A DNA stretch of 64,000 nucleotides. Source: Terriglobia bacterium. GTDB lineage: Bacteria > Acidobacteriota > Terriglobia > 2-12-FULL-54-10. The notes under the pieces are model-generated. The model saw only the letters and a list, made by a program, of their open reading frames with translations, was not told the DNA's origin and ran no database searches. A program made the translations under genes and the position numbers. Of this stretch, positions 39,771-48,887 are shown piece by piece. Each line of letters starts with the position of its first letter. The first letter of the stretch is position 1. The stretch is taken from positions 480,001-544,000 of the forward strand of contig CAXVYR010000003.1 in assembly GCA_963666975.2 (NCBI GenBank), written 5' to 3'.

Positions 39771-41236
39771 TGCGGAGTGGTTCCGATAGCGGGTCCTGGA
39801 CCGTTTGCCGGAGGCATCAGACCAGGGGACGCCGTTCCGGCTATTCCTGTCGCCGAATATCGGTTCGCCGGCGAATCGGAATGGTTTTGAACCGGCTCAT
39901 GCGGGGCGAATACTTTTCCCATTTCATCCAGGATCGGTGTAATGGCGCTGAGATTTGCCTGCAACAGATCGCAGGCGGATTTTCCCAGGCGCTGGCTGAA
40001 CTCCGGGTTTCCCAGCAAGAATCGAAGCGCCTGGGAAAGCGCCGTGGCATCCTGCAACTGAATTACCGCACCCGTGCGGGTATTCATGCCTGGACCCTCC
40101 GGCCCCTGCTGAACTTCCGCGTCTTTCAGGTAGCGATCTGCCAGGTAGTGATCGGCAATCTCCTGGAAGTTTTCCATATGCGGGCCAATGACAATGGGGC
40201 GCGCAAAATACGCAGGCTCTAAAATATTGTGCCCGCCGGTGGGCACCAGCGTTCCGCCTACGTAGGCTACGGTGGCAAGCTGGTAGATTGCTCCTAACTC
40301 GCCGATGCTGTCGAGAAGCAGCACGCCCGGCGCAACGGGCTTGGTTTGCGACTGCCACTGTGAGCGCAATTGCAATGGGATGCCGGAAGCGCGGACCTGC
40401 TCTGCCACCGAAGCAAAACGCTCAGGGTGCCTGGGAGCCAGGATCATCCACAAGCGGGGAAACTCAGCCAGAAGTTGTGTAAAGGACTCCAGTAAATATT
40501 TTTCTTCTCCGGGCATGGTGCTGCCGGCCACGATCACCGGTCCCGCATTCGAGTTCTCCAACGTCCTTCGCAGAGCATCGGCCATCGGCGAGGAAGCAGG
40601 CTGTGCGGCAAATTTGAGGTTTTGCGATACCCACACTTTATTCAGAGGAGCGCCCAGAGCTTTGAAGCGTTCGGCATCGGCAGCGCTTTGCAGAAGAAAA
40701 CCGTCCGGGTAAGTCAAAACGCGCCGCCAGAGAAAGCGGCTGGCGCGGTAGCGCGGGAAGGCGCGGTCGGAGATGCGTCCGTTGACCAGCAGCAACAATG
40801 CCCCGGAACGTTTGGCTTCGCGGAACAAGTTGGGCCAAAGTTCTGTTTCGATTACCATGACCACGCGCGGTTTCAGTCGCCGAAAGAAGCGGCGGCAAAT
40901 CCAGCCCATGTCCAGGGGAGGGAAGTAAACAGCGTCTCCCGGCTGGAGAAGTTGCTGCGCCTCCTTCCAGCCCGTCGTGGTGGAAGAGGTAATGACGATG
41001 CGAATCCCTGGGAACCGCTTTCGGATCGCGTCAATCAATGCCGCCACCGCCTTCACTTCGCCCAGTGAAACGGCGTGGATCCAGACTGCCGGGTTCTCGG
41101 AAGGCGACCCCTCGCCCGGAAGCAAACCCAGCCGCTGCGCAATGCCCGGCAAGCGTCCTCGCAGAGCCCGGTAAGCCAGCCAGGGCGTGATCAACATCAG
41201 CCCAAAACAAAGGGCGAGGTTATACAGAAAATACAT
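39767..41236 (-). CDS. waaA: 3-deoxy-D-manno-octulosonic acid transferase
   Basis: WIHAVSLGE, ETELWPN, NGRIS, APRHPER and GGHNILEP motifs. Confidence 0.95.
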   Translation of the reverse strand: MYFLYNLALCFGLMLITPWLAYRALRGRLPGIAQRLGLLPGEGSPSENPAVWIHAVSLGEVKAVAALIDAIRKRFPGIRIVITSSTTTGWKEAQQLLQPGDAVYFPPLDMGWICRRFFRRLKPRVVMVIETELWPNLFREAKRSGALLLLVNGRISDRAFPRYRASRFLWRRVLTYPDGFLLQSAADAERFKALGAPLNKVWVSQNLKFAAQPASSPMADALRRTLENSNAGPVIVAGSTMPGEEKYLLESFTQLLAEFPRLWMILAPRHPERFASVAEQVRASGIPLQLRSQWQSQTKPVAPGVLLLDSIGELGAIYQLATVAYVGGTLVPTGGHNILEPAYFARPIVIGPHMENFQEIADHYLADRYLKDAEVQQGPEGPGMNTRTGAVIQLQDATALSQALRFLLGNPEFSQRLGKSACDLLQANLSAITPILDEMGKVFAPHEPVQNHSDSPANRYSATGIAGTASPGLMPPANGPGPAIGTTPQ

Positions 41237-41779
41237 ACAGCCATGACTCCGGTTTATAGCGGCTGTGGCGCGCAGGCCAGAACATTAGCGGGCTCGACCG
41301 GAATTCACCGTTGGGGATGAATGATCTAAAACGCCATTATAGCTTCCCCGGCCAGCACCCACCAGCCGCTAATGAGCTGCGAATCAATTATGTAATGCGA
41401 GATGAGTTCAGCACAGGCGTTGTCAGTCTCCGGGCCAGAACCATAGCGAAGAGAGGAAAGACGTCTTCAGTATTTTTCCGCTGCAGGACAGAATGATGCA
41501 GGTGGAGAAGGGATTATTTTACCGCTGAGGCAGAGAAGATTTGCAACGTCCAGTGCATGGAAAGATGAGGAAGGCGCAGAGCATTGTGAGAGGAATTGGC
41601 GATGGAGTCAGACAGACCGGCTGACAGGCCACAGCTGTAGAGTATCCATTCAAGACAGGCTACTCAAGACAGACTACGAATTCGGTGATGCGCTCATGCA
41701 GCGGGAATATCCCCCGTGCCTTCTTTTTGAAAGAGGGCACGCCAAATAAAAAATCGGGCTAGTTTCCTTTGGCCTTCCG

Positions 41780-44575
41780 CTAGCGCACTGCGACCGTGGC
41801 GCTGCCGGTTGAGAGAATCCCGTCCACTGAAATCTCCACGGGCACCTCGCCCGACGGTATGCCAGCCGGCACCCTCACGTTAATCTGGTAGAGACCGACA
41901 AATCCAGGAGCCATGCCTGCAAAGTCAACCGTGGCAGGCTGGCCGCCAATGTTTACCTGCACGTTCCCGGTGACCGTGGTCAGCCCATCGGTAGCATTAC
42001 CCGTCTCCACCGCCGGGTCGACAGCGCCCAGTCCGGTGGCATAAAGTACAATCACCTCGCCGGCCGCGGCTGGATTGGAGGCATTGACAGGCGCGAAGTT
42101 GCTATGGAAGATGGCGCCTGATCCCTGGCCGGTTTGCGAAAGCGTAAAGAGCGCGGGTACAGCGGGGCCGAGGGCAATAGTTTCCGGAGCGCTGAGCACG
42201 CCGTTGTTGTTCACTAACACCTCAGCCTGGGACAGTCCATCCAATTCGAAGGGCACTTGCAGGTTGATTTGATCGGTGTTGCCTCTAACTGCGGCCAGCA
42301 GTGGTGCAGAAAAACCACCGATACTCACGCTGACCCCGCCCAGGCTCTGCGGCAGCGGGATACTGGTGGCAAGCCCGCCACTACCCGCCAGGCCCGTGCC
42401 AAACAAAGACATCAATGCGCCGGGAGCCAATGGCGTAGGTGATGCAGCGAAGCTGGCCGTGTTGACCGCGCCTGCCGGGAAAATAACCGTCAAGGTTCCC
42501 GAAGAAGCTTCCATGTCGCCCGAGACGGCGAAGCTGGGCGACTGCACGCCCAGCACCTGCGCCGACCCGGTTAAGGTAAGAGGGCCGCTGGAAAGAGCGC
42601 GGAAGACCGTGGCGTACTCTCCGCCGCCCAAGTCCTCCAGCACCAGGTCCGGTTCGGTGTTGGAAGAACTCACCACAACCGTCGCGCCTTCTACGAGCAC
42701 GCCTCCTGCATCCAGCAATAAGACGCCAACGTTCATAGGCAAGTCCGCTTGGGTGATAAAACCGCCCTCCGGTTCTGTGAACAGAGGCACCAGCGGCGGA
42801 AACGGGAAGATAGCCGCTCGCGGCGGACCTCCCGCCGTGGTAATAATGACCTCTGCTCTTACTATCAGCTTTACCACCAACGTGACCGGTGAGGCACCGC
42901 TTTCTGCAACCGGAGTGAATACGATCGATCCACTGTAGACTCCGGCCGCAAGACCTGTGATATCTACGGAGACCGCTGCTTCCACGGGCGCTGTGCCCGA
43001 TTCAGGTGGAAAGATAAGCCAATCTCCGCCCGATACTGTAGAAACGGTGGGGTTCCACACGATGCTGGCTGCGCCTTTCGGCTCCAACTCCACTTCCTTG
43101 GCCTCCGGGTTCGCGCCGCCTTCCACGGCGACAAACGCCATCCCGCCGGGTCGTAGCTTCAACCGGGGAGTATCCTCCTCACCAAAAACTTTCAAAGCAA
43201 CGTGCACGTTGTGCACTTCCTTGGCTGCGCCGGGAACCATGACCTCGATGTTGCCGGTATAAACTCCCGGCTCCAGGGCCAGGGCAACTGCCGAAACCAC
43301 CGTAACGGTGATTTCACCTGGCACGGCCCCCGAGTCGTTAGTGATGTTGAGCCAATCGCCTCCGCGGGCCGTCTCGGCCGTAGCGGTGAAAGTCAATCCA
43401 ACTGCCTCGCTCTTCACCTCCAAGACGCGCGATTCAGGCGAGACGGTTCCCTCAGCCACGGAGAATTGCAGTACTTTAGGTCTTACACGGACACGAGGTT
43501 CCGCAGGACCCAGAATACGCAGAAAGACACGGGCCGTTTGGCTGACTTCCCCGGCGGTCACGGTGACCAAGCCGGAATACATTCCGGGTGGAAGTCCGGT
43601 TGGGTCGACCGCTATCTCGACTTCAGCTTCCCCGACGCCTGCGTCGGGGTCGATAGTGAGCCACATGCCGCCGTCCGGCGTCTCTACCGTTGCCGTTGCA
43701 GCCCATTCGAGCGTTCCGGCCCCCGCGTTTTTGATCCTGAGTTCCTTTGGTTCTAGCAAATTTTCGTTATCCGGGCCCTCACCACTTGAATCATTATTCG
43801 GCTTGACGATGAAGTTAAAGGCGCGCGGACGGATCACCAATCTGGGTGGACGCACACCCTCGAACTCCAGTTCGACCTCCACCCTAACCGTTCTGCTGCC
43901 GCTCGTAATGGCAATCTCGCCTTCGAACTCGCCGACAGTCTGACCCTCCAATAGAACAGGATTCACGCTCACCTCGATCACGCTATCGCCCATGCCCGAG
44001 AGAGGGAACACGGTGAGCCACTCGACTCCCGGCGGCGTTAAGACGCTGGGCGCTGCCGTCCACTCGAAGTCCTCTCCGCCCGTATTGAAGATGTGCAGCC
44101 GGCGGCTAACAGGGGCGGGGCCGCCTTCCACCACTTTAAACTCTAGTTCGCGGGGGCGCACAATGAGCGCTCCCACACCCGGACGTCCAATGCGCAACTC
44201 CACCTGTACCTTTTCCGGACTGTCGTCCAAGCCCGGCGCGGTTACGATGATTTCACCGGAATACTCCCCTACGGCCAAGCCTGCCGTGTTCACCGATACC
44301 GTCAGCAGGGCAGGACCCGTCCCTTCCGGCGGGGGGGTTACGCTGAGCCAATCGCCGGTCATCGTCGTGACCTCGACGGTAAAGGGAAAGGAGTCGACCC
44401 CTTCCGCAGACACAGTTATCTCTCGCGGAGGCGGAGGTGTAGTTCCTGTCTGCCGGAAAAACAGCGACTCCGGACGCACTTTCAGTTCCGGTTCGTCATC
44501 ACCGTTGGCCAGCACTCCCGTGGCAGAGGTGAAGACCAGCAAAAACATCATGGCGATTGTTTTCCAGCAGCGCAT
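41780..44575 (-). CDS. Secreted multi-BACON-domain surface protein with a Solibacter-type (TIGR03437-like) C-terminal domain
   Basis: Signal peptide; about five repeats of P..L.F...WL...P..G....V.V....L..G.Y.G; C-terminal LAPG...QINLQVP...LYATGLG...GLYQINV. Confidence 0.85.
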   Translation of the reverse strand: MRCWKTIAMMFLLVFTSATGVLANGDDEPELKVRPESLFFRQTGTTPPPPREITVSAEGVDSFPFTVEVTTMTGDWLSVTPPPEGTGPALLTVSVNTAGLAVGEYSGEIIVTAPGLDDSPEKVQVELRIGRPGVGALIVRPRELEFKVVEGGPAPVSRRLHIFNTGGEDFEWTAAPSVLTPPGVEWLTVFPLSGMGDSVIEVSVNPVLLEGQTVGEFEGEIAITSGSRTVRVEVELEFEGVRPPRLVIRPRAFNFIVKPNNDSSGEGPDNENLLEPKELRIKNAGAGTLEWAATATVETPDGGMWLTIDPDAGVGEAEVEIAVDPTGLPPGMYSGLVTVTAGEVSQTARVFLRILGPAEPRVRVRPKVLQFSVAEGTVSPESRVLEVKSEAVGLTFTATAETARGGDWLNITNDSGAVPGEITVTVVSAVALALEPGVYTGNIEVMVPGAAKEVHNVHVALKVFGEEDTPRLKLRPGGMAFVAVEGGANPEAKEVELEPKGAASIVWNPTVSTVSGGDWLIFPPESGTAPVEAAVSVDITGLAAGVYSGSIVFTPVAESGASPVTLVVKLIVRAEVIITTAGGPPRAAIFPFPPLVPLFTEPEGGFITQADLPMNVGVLLLDAGGVLVEGATVVVSSSNTEPDLVLEDLGGGEYATVFRALSSGPLTLTGSAQVLGVQSPSFAVSGDMEASSGTLTVIFPAGAVNTASFAASPTPLAPGALMSLFGTGLAGSGGLATSIPLPQSLGGVSVSIGGFSAPLLAAVRGNTDQINLQVPFELDGLSQAEVLVNNNGVLSAPETIALGPAVPALFTLSQTGQGSGAIFHSNFAPVNASNPAAAGEVIVLYATGLGAVDPAVETGNATDGLTTVTGNVQVNIGGQPATVDFAGMAPGFVGLYQINVRVPAGIPSGEVPVEISVDGILSTGSATVAVR

Positions 44576-44721
44576 AAAGAACCTCTTTCACGCAAAGGTC
44601 GGCGAGACTCTAGACTTATAAGGTTGCTCGGAGGGAATAGCCTATAGCATAGCTCCGATGTGCAGGCGGTTCAATAGAGCAGAAGTACTTTTCTCGGTCA
44701 AGGCCACTATTTCCGTTGAAG

Positions 44722-46401
44722 CTATTTTCTTTGCGCCGCTTCCCGGTCCTCCCCAGGCACGAGAGGCGGGACCTCCAGTCCTTCAGGCGGCCGGTTGGTG
44801 GCGCGCAGTGGAATCTCTTTCAAAAAGAAACTGATGAGGAAGGATGCCGCCATAATGCCCATGCACAGCAGGAAGACCTCCTGCATGCCAAGGCTGAAGC
44901 CCTGTTTGAAAATTTGTGAGAAGAGATCGGTCTCAGACCCTCCCTGGGCCCCGAAATCAGCCGTCGAAGGGCTCGGCTGTAGCAGGCCCCCTTCGTTCAG
45001 GAGGCGCAAAGGGTCGGCGATGCGGCTCTGCCACTCGGAAGAGAAGCCGCTTTGCCCGGCCATCATGCCGCTGATATGAGATTGCAGGCGCATCGCCAGG
45101 AAGGAGCCAAAAATCGCGGCTCCCACCGCCCCGCCGATGCTTCGGAAGAATTGGATGGAGCCGGTGACGACGCCCAGGATGCCGTGTGGAAAAGCGTTTT
45201 GAACCGAGATCGTAAAAACGGGAAAGGTCACTCCCATGCCTGCGCCTACCACGATCAGATTGCGTACGATGAGGGCGCGGGCCGGGTTTTGCTCCATGTG
45301 GGACAGGAGGAAGAATCCGGCGGCCGTCACAGCCAGCCCGCAGATGCCCAGCAGACGGTACCCGTTGGTTCTGGAGATAATCTGCCCGCCGACGACGCTG
45401 CTGATAACCATGCTGAGCATCAGCGGAGTCAATACCATGCCGGCGTCGGTGGCAGTGGAGCCGACAACCACCTGTATGAACAGGGGGATAAACGTGACGG
45501 TGCCGAACATTGCGGCCGCCACCAGAAACACCACCGAGGCGGAGACCATGAATATGGGGTTCTCGAATAAGAAGAGGGGTTGGAGAGGATCCTCGGCCGT
45601 CCGCTCGTTGAGAACGAAAAGGATCAGCATGGCCGCCGCGAAGCCCAGCAACCCGCCCACTTGCGGCGAGAACCACGGATAGGCGCGTCCTGCCCAGTTG
45701 AAGGCCAACAGCATAGGGATAACGCCCGCCACCAGCAAGGCTACCCCCTTGTAGTCAATGGGGAGCCGGGTGCCCGTTCGGGCAAACGGCGGCATGGCGA
45801 AGAAAAGTATGGCGGCCGCAACGAAGCCGATCGGGAGATTGATGAAGAAGACCCAGCGCCAGCTCAGATGGTCCGTAAGGTATCCCCCCGCCAAAGGGCC
45901 AAAAACGCTGGCAATCCCAAAGACTGCGCCGACGATGCCCTGCCACTTGCCGCGCTCTGCGGGCGGGAAGATGTCGCCGATGACGGTAAAGGTATTGGCC
46001 ATAATCGCGCCGGCGCCGATTCCTTGAATGCTGCGGAATACAATGAGTTGGGTCATCGTGAAGGAAAATCCGCTCAGGATGGAGCCCAGCATGAAGATGC
46101 CCAGGCCTGCGAGGTAGACGCGCTTCCGTCCGTAGAGATCGGAGAGTTTTCCGGCGACGGGAATGGCGGTGGTAGAGGCCAGCATGTAGGAGGTAAACAC
46201 CCAGGCAAAGTGAGCAAACCCGCCCATCTCTTCCACCACTGTAGGCAGAGCTGTTGCCACTACTGTTTGGTCCAGCGCAGCCAACAACAAGCCGGTCAGC
46301 GTCCCGGCTAGGACAGACGCTGTCCTGAGCTTGGAATGGCCTCCAACCCATGCTGTTCCCGACGGGGCGGGCATTTGTTCTATATTCTGTTTTTCAGCCA
46401 T
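44722..46401 (-). CDS. DHA2-family (14-TMS) MFS efflux transporter
   Basis: [28 protein letters not shown] and [10 protein letters not shown] motifs. Confidence 0.92.
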   Translation of the reverse strand: MAEKQNIEQMPAPSGTAWVGGHSKLRTASVLAGTLTGLLLAALDQTVVATALPTVVEEMGGFAHFAWVFTSYMLASTTAIPVAGKLSDLYGRKRVYLAGLGIFMLGSILSGFSFTMTQLIVFRSIQGIGAGAIMANTFTVIGDIFPPAERGKWQGIVGAVFGIASVFGPLAGGYLTDHLSWRWVFFINLPIGFVAAAILFFAMPPFARTGTRLPIDYKGVALLVAGVIPMLLAFNWAGRAYPWFSPQVGGLLGFAAAMLILFVLNERTAEDPLQPLFLFENPIFMVSASVVFLVAAAMFGTVTFIPLFIQVVVGSTATDAGMVLTPLMLSMVISSVVGGQIISRTNGYRLLGICGLAVTAAGFFLLSHMEQNPARALIVRNLIVVGAGMGVTFPVFTISVQNAFPHGILGVVTGSIQFFRSIGGAVGAAIFGSFLAMRLQSHISGMMAGQSGFSSEWQSRIADPLRLLNEGGLLQPSPSTADFGAQGGSETDLFSQIFKQGFSLGMQEVFLLCMGIMAASFLISFFLKEIPLRATNRPPEGLEVPPLVPGEDREAAQRK

Positions 46402-46842
46402 CCAGCCGTGTCCCTTTTTTCGGCAGGGCGCGCGTCCCGGATCCCTTTCAAGCAATGTCCAACAGGCTCTTTCGGCTGCGGGTATGCCGCAAGATAAGTC
46501 CCCAGCCGGATTCCAATCCTGGGCCGAGAGCAACTTCACCATCCTAAATTAAACGTTTCCGTTTGTGCATGCCCGGGTGAGCGAAAGCCCTGCGGAATGG
46601 CGAAGATTATCCACTAGAAGAGTGGAAGCGTCAACCCGCCGAACGAAGGAGGGAACATTTATGGAATTGTCCGGAGATTTCTGCCGGGGATGTTTCCCTG
46701 GAGTTGGAACCCAGCTTGACAGTATTTGGGCTATCGGTCATTCTTCTCATCGTTTCATCGTTCGCATGTTGGATTCTTCTATCTGGCAAGTGGTACTGGC
46801 CGAACCGCTGAAGGGTTGCGGCGGTTTACCGGGAGGGACCGT

Positions 46843-47631
46843 TTGGACGTTCTAGCTTTCGGCACTCATCCGGACGATTTGGAAATTGCCTGCGCCGGGA
46901 CGCTGATCCTTCTGGCAAACCAGGACCATCAAGTCGGGGCGGTGGACCTGACCAGAGGGGAGCTTGGAACGCGGGGGACGGAGGGAATCCGCGCCCAGGA
47001 GACCGCCGCAGCGAACCAACACCTCAAGCTTTCCGTGCGGGAAAATTTGGGCATCCCGGATGGCCGCGTGGAAAAAAACCAAGAGAACTTGCTGAAGGTG
47101 ATCCGCTCCATCCGCCAGCATCGGCCGCGGCTCGTACTGGCGCCCTACTGGGAGGGGCGGCATTATGACCACATCCATGCCAGCCATTTGGTGGCGGAGG
47201 CAGCTTTCTACTCCGGTCTATCTAAAATCGAAACCGGGCAGGAAAGCTTTCGTCCGTTCCGCGTTTTGTTTTATGTCAGCCGGGTCGGTTTCCATCCATC
47301 TTTTGTGGTGGACATCTCGGAGAGCTTTGACGCTAAGATGAAGGCTGTTCAGAGCTACCGCTCCCAATTCTATAAAGACCAGCAGTCCGGCGCAGGCGGC
47401 GCGCCAGCGACCGAACAGGAAACCGAACCGGAGACCGAGCCGGAAACCATGATCAGCACCCCGCTTGCGCTGGAAGTGCTGGAAACGATGTCACGCTACT
47501 ACGGAGCGATGATTGGGGCTCGGTATGGAGAGCCGTTCTTGGTCCGAGAACCCCTGGAGATTCCGGACATGGTAAGCTTTTTTCGTGTCTTCCCGGACTC
47601 CAAGCAGGCGCATCTTTTCCCGCCGCGCTAA
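46843..47631 (+). CDS. bshB1: Bacillithiol biosynthesis deacetylase (PIG-L family)
   Basis: HPDDLE, DLTRGELGTRG, RHYDH and YRSQF motifs; directly upstream of bshA; start uncertain. Confidence 0.88.
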   Translation: MDVLAFGTHPDDLEIACAGTLILLANQDHQVGAVDLTRGELGTRGTEGIRAQETAAANQHLKLSVRENLGIPDGRVEKNQENLLKVIRSIRQHRPRLVLAPYWEGRHYDHIHASHLVAEAAFYSGLSKIETGQESFRPFRVLFYVSRVGFHPSFVVDISESFDAKMKAVQSYRSQFYKDQQSGAGGAPATEQETEPETEPETMISTPLALEVLETMSRYYGAMIGARYGEPFLVREPLEIPDMVSFFRVFPDSKQAHLFPPR

Positions 47632-47682
47632 GCCTGCCATACTGTTCTATCGAAATACTCTACGGAGGAAATTTCACCCAAG

Positions 47683-48831
47683 ATGAAGATCGGCATTACC
47701 TGTTATCCCACGTACGGTGGAAGCGGAGTGGTGGGCACGGAACTGGGCATCGAGATGGCCGCTCGCGGGCATGAAGTGCATTTTATCAGCTCCTCCCTGC
47801 CGATTCGGTTGCGCCAGCCCAACCCGCTGATCACCTTCCACGAAGTGGAGGTGATGACCTATCCGCTGTTTGAATATCCGCCCTATGCGCTGGCCCTGGC
47901 TACCAAGATGGCTGCGGTTGCCGAGTCGGCTTCGCTCGACCTGTTGCACCTGCACTACGCCATTCCCCATTCGGTGAGCGCCTTCCTGGCGCGAGCAATG
48001 CACGCCCCGAAAAAGTTGCCGTTCATCACCACGCTGCACGGGACCGACATTACTCTAGTAGGCGTGAATAGTTCTTACTTGGGCATCACTCGCTTCGCCA
48101 TTGAGCAAAGCGACTTGGTGACGGCAGTCTCGCAATACCTTAAAGATAAGACCATTGAAGAGTTTGAAACAAAAAATAATATTGAAGTAATACATAACTT
48201 TGTAAACTGTGAGCTATATTGTAAAAATCTTGACGAAGCCTTTCGCCGGACCTTTGCGCCCGATGGCGAAAAACTTCTAGTGCACCTCTCGAACTTCCGG
48301 CCTGTCAAGCGGGTTATGGACGTGATGGAAATTTTTGCCCGTGTGCGGGAGAAGGTGCCTTCTAAATTGCTTCTAATCGGCGATGGCCCGGACCGGACGG
48401 CTGCGGAAACGCTGGCGCATAAGAAGGGAATTCACCAGCATACTTTCTTCCTGGGCAAGCAGGAGAATGTGGAACAGACGCTGGGCATTGCCGATGTTCT
48501 GCTGCTGCCGAGCGAGATGGAATCTTTTGGACTGGCTGCGCTGGAGGCAATGGCCTGCGAGGCGCCGCCGGTGGCCAGCCGCGTTGGAGGAGTGCCCGAA
48601 GTGATTACCCACGGGGTGGATGGATTTCTCGCCGATCCCGGCGATATCCAGAGGATGGCTGACTACGCCATTCAGTTGCTCGGGAATGCTGCTTTACATG
48701 CTGAAGTTTCCCAGGCAGCTCGGCAGACGGCGTTGAAAAGGTTTTGCGCTTCTCTGATCATTCCCGCTACGAAGAGCTTTACCGGCGGGTACTCGAACAA
48801 GCCGGTTGAAAAATCAGAATCTATCCCATAG
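47683..48831 (+). CDS. bshA: N-acetyl-alpha-D-glucosaminyl L-malate synthase, C-terminus frameshifted
   Basis: MKIGITCYPTYGGSG, HYAIPH, TTLHGTD, SNFRPVKR and ESFGLAALEAM motifs. Confidence 0.94.
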   Translation: MKIGITCYPTYGGSGVVGTELGIEMAARGHEVHFISSSLPIRLRQPNPLITFHEVEVMTYPLFEYPPYALALATKMAAVAESASLDLLHLHYAIPHSVSAFLARAMHAPKKLPFITTLHGTDITLVGVNSSYLGITRFAIEQSDLVTAVSQYLKDKTIEEFETKNNIEVIHNFVNCELYCKNLDEAFRRTFAPDGEKLLVHLSNFRPVKRVMDVMEIFARVREKVPSKLLLIGDGPDRTAAETLAHKKGIHQHTFFLGKQENVEQTLGIADVLLLPSEMESFGLAALEAMACEAPPVASRVGGVPEVITHGVDGFLADPGDIQRMADYAIQLLGNAALHAEVSQAARQTALKRFCASLIIPATKSFTGGYSNKPVEKSESIP

Positions 48832-48887
48832 TCTTGGAGTAGTTTTTGAAGATAAATTTCAATCCTTTGCAATAGAGGAGACAAACC

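Noticed and set aside
41715-41741. Intrinsic terminator
   Set aside because: The hairpin has no U-tract following it on either strand.
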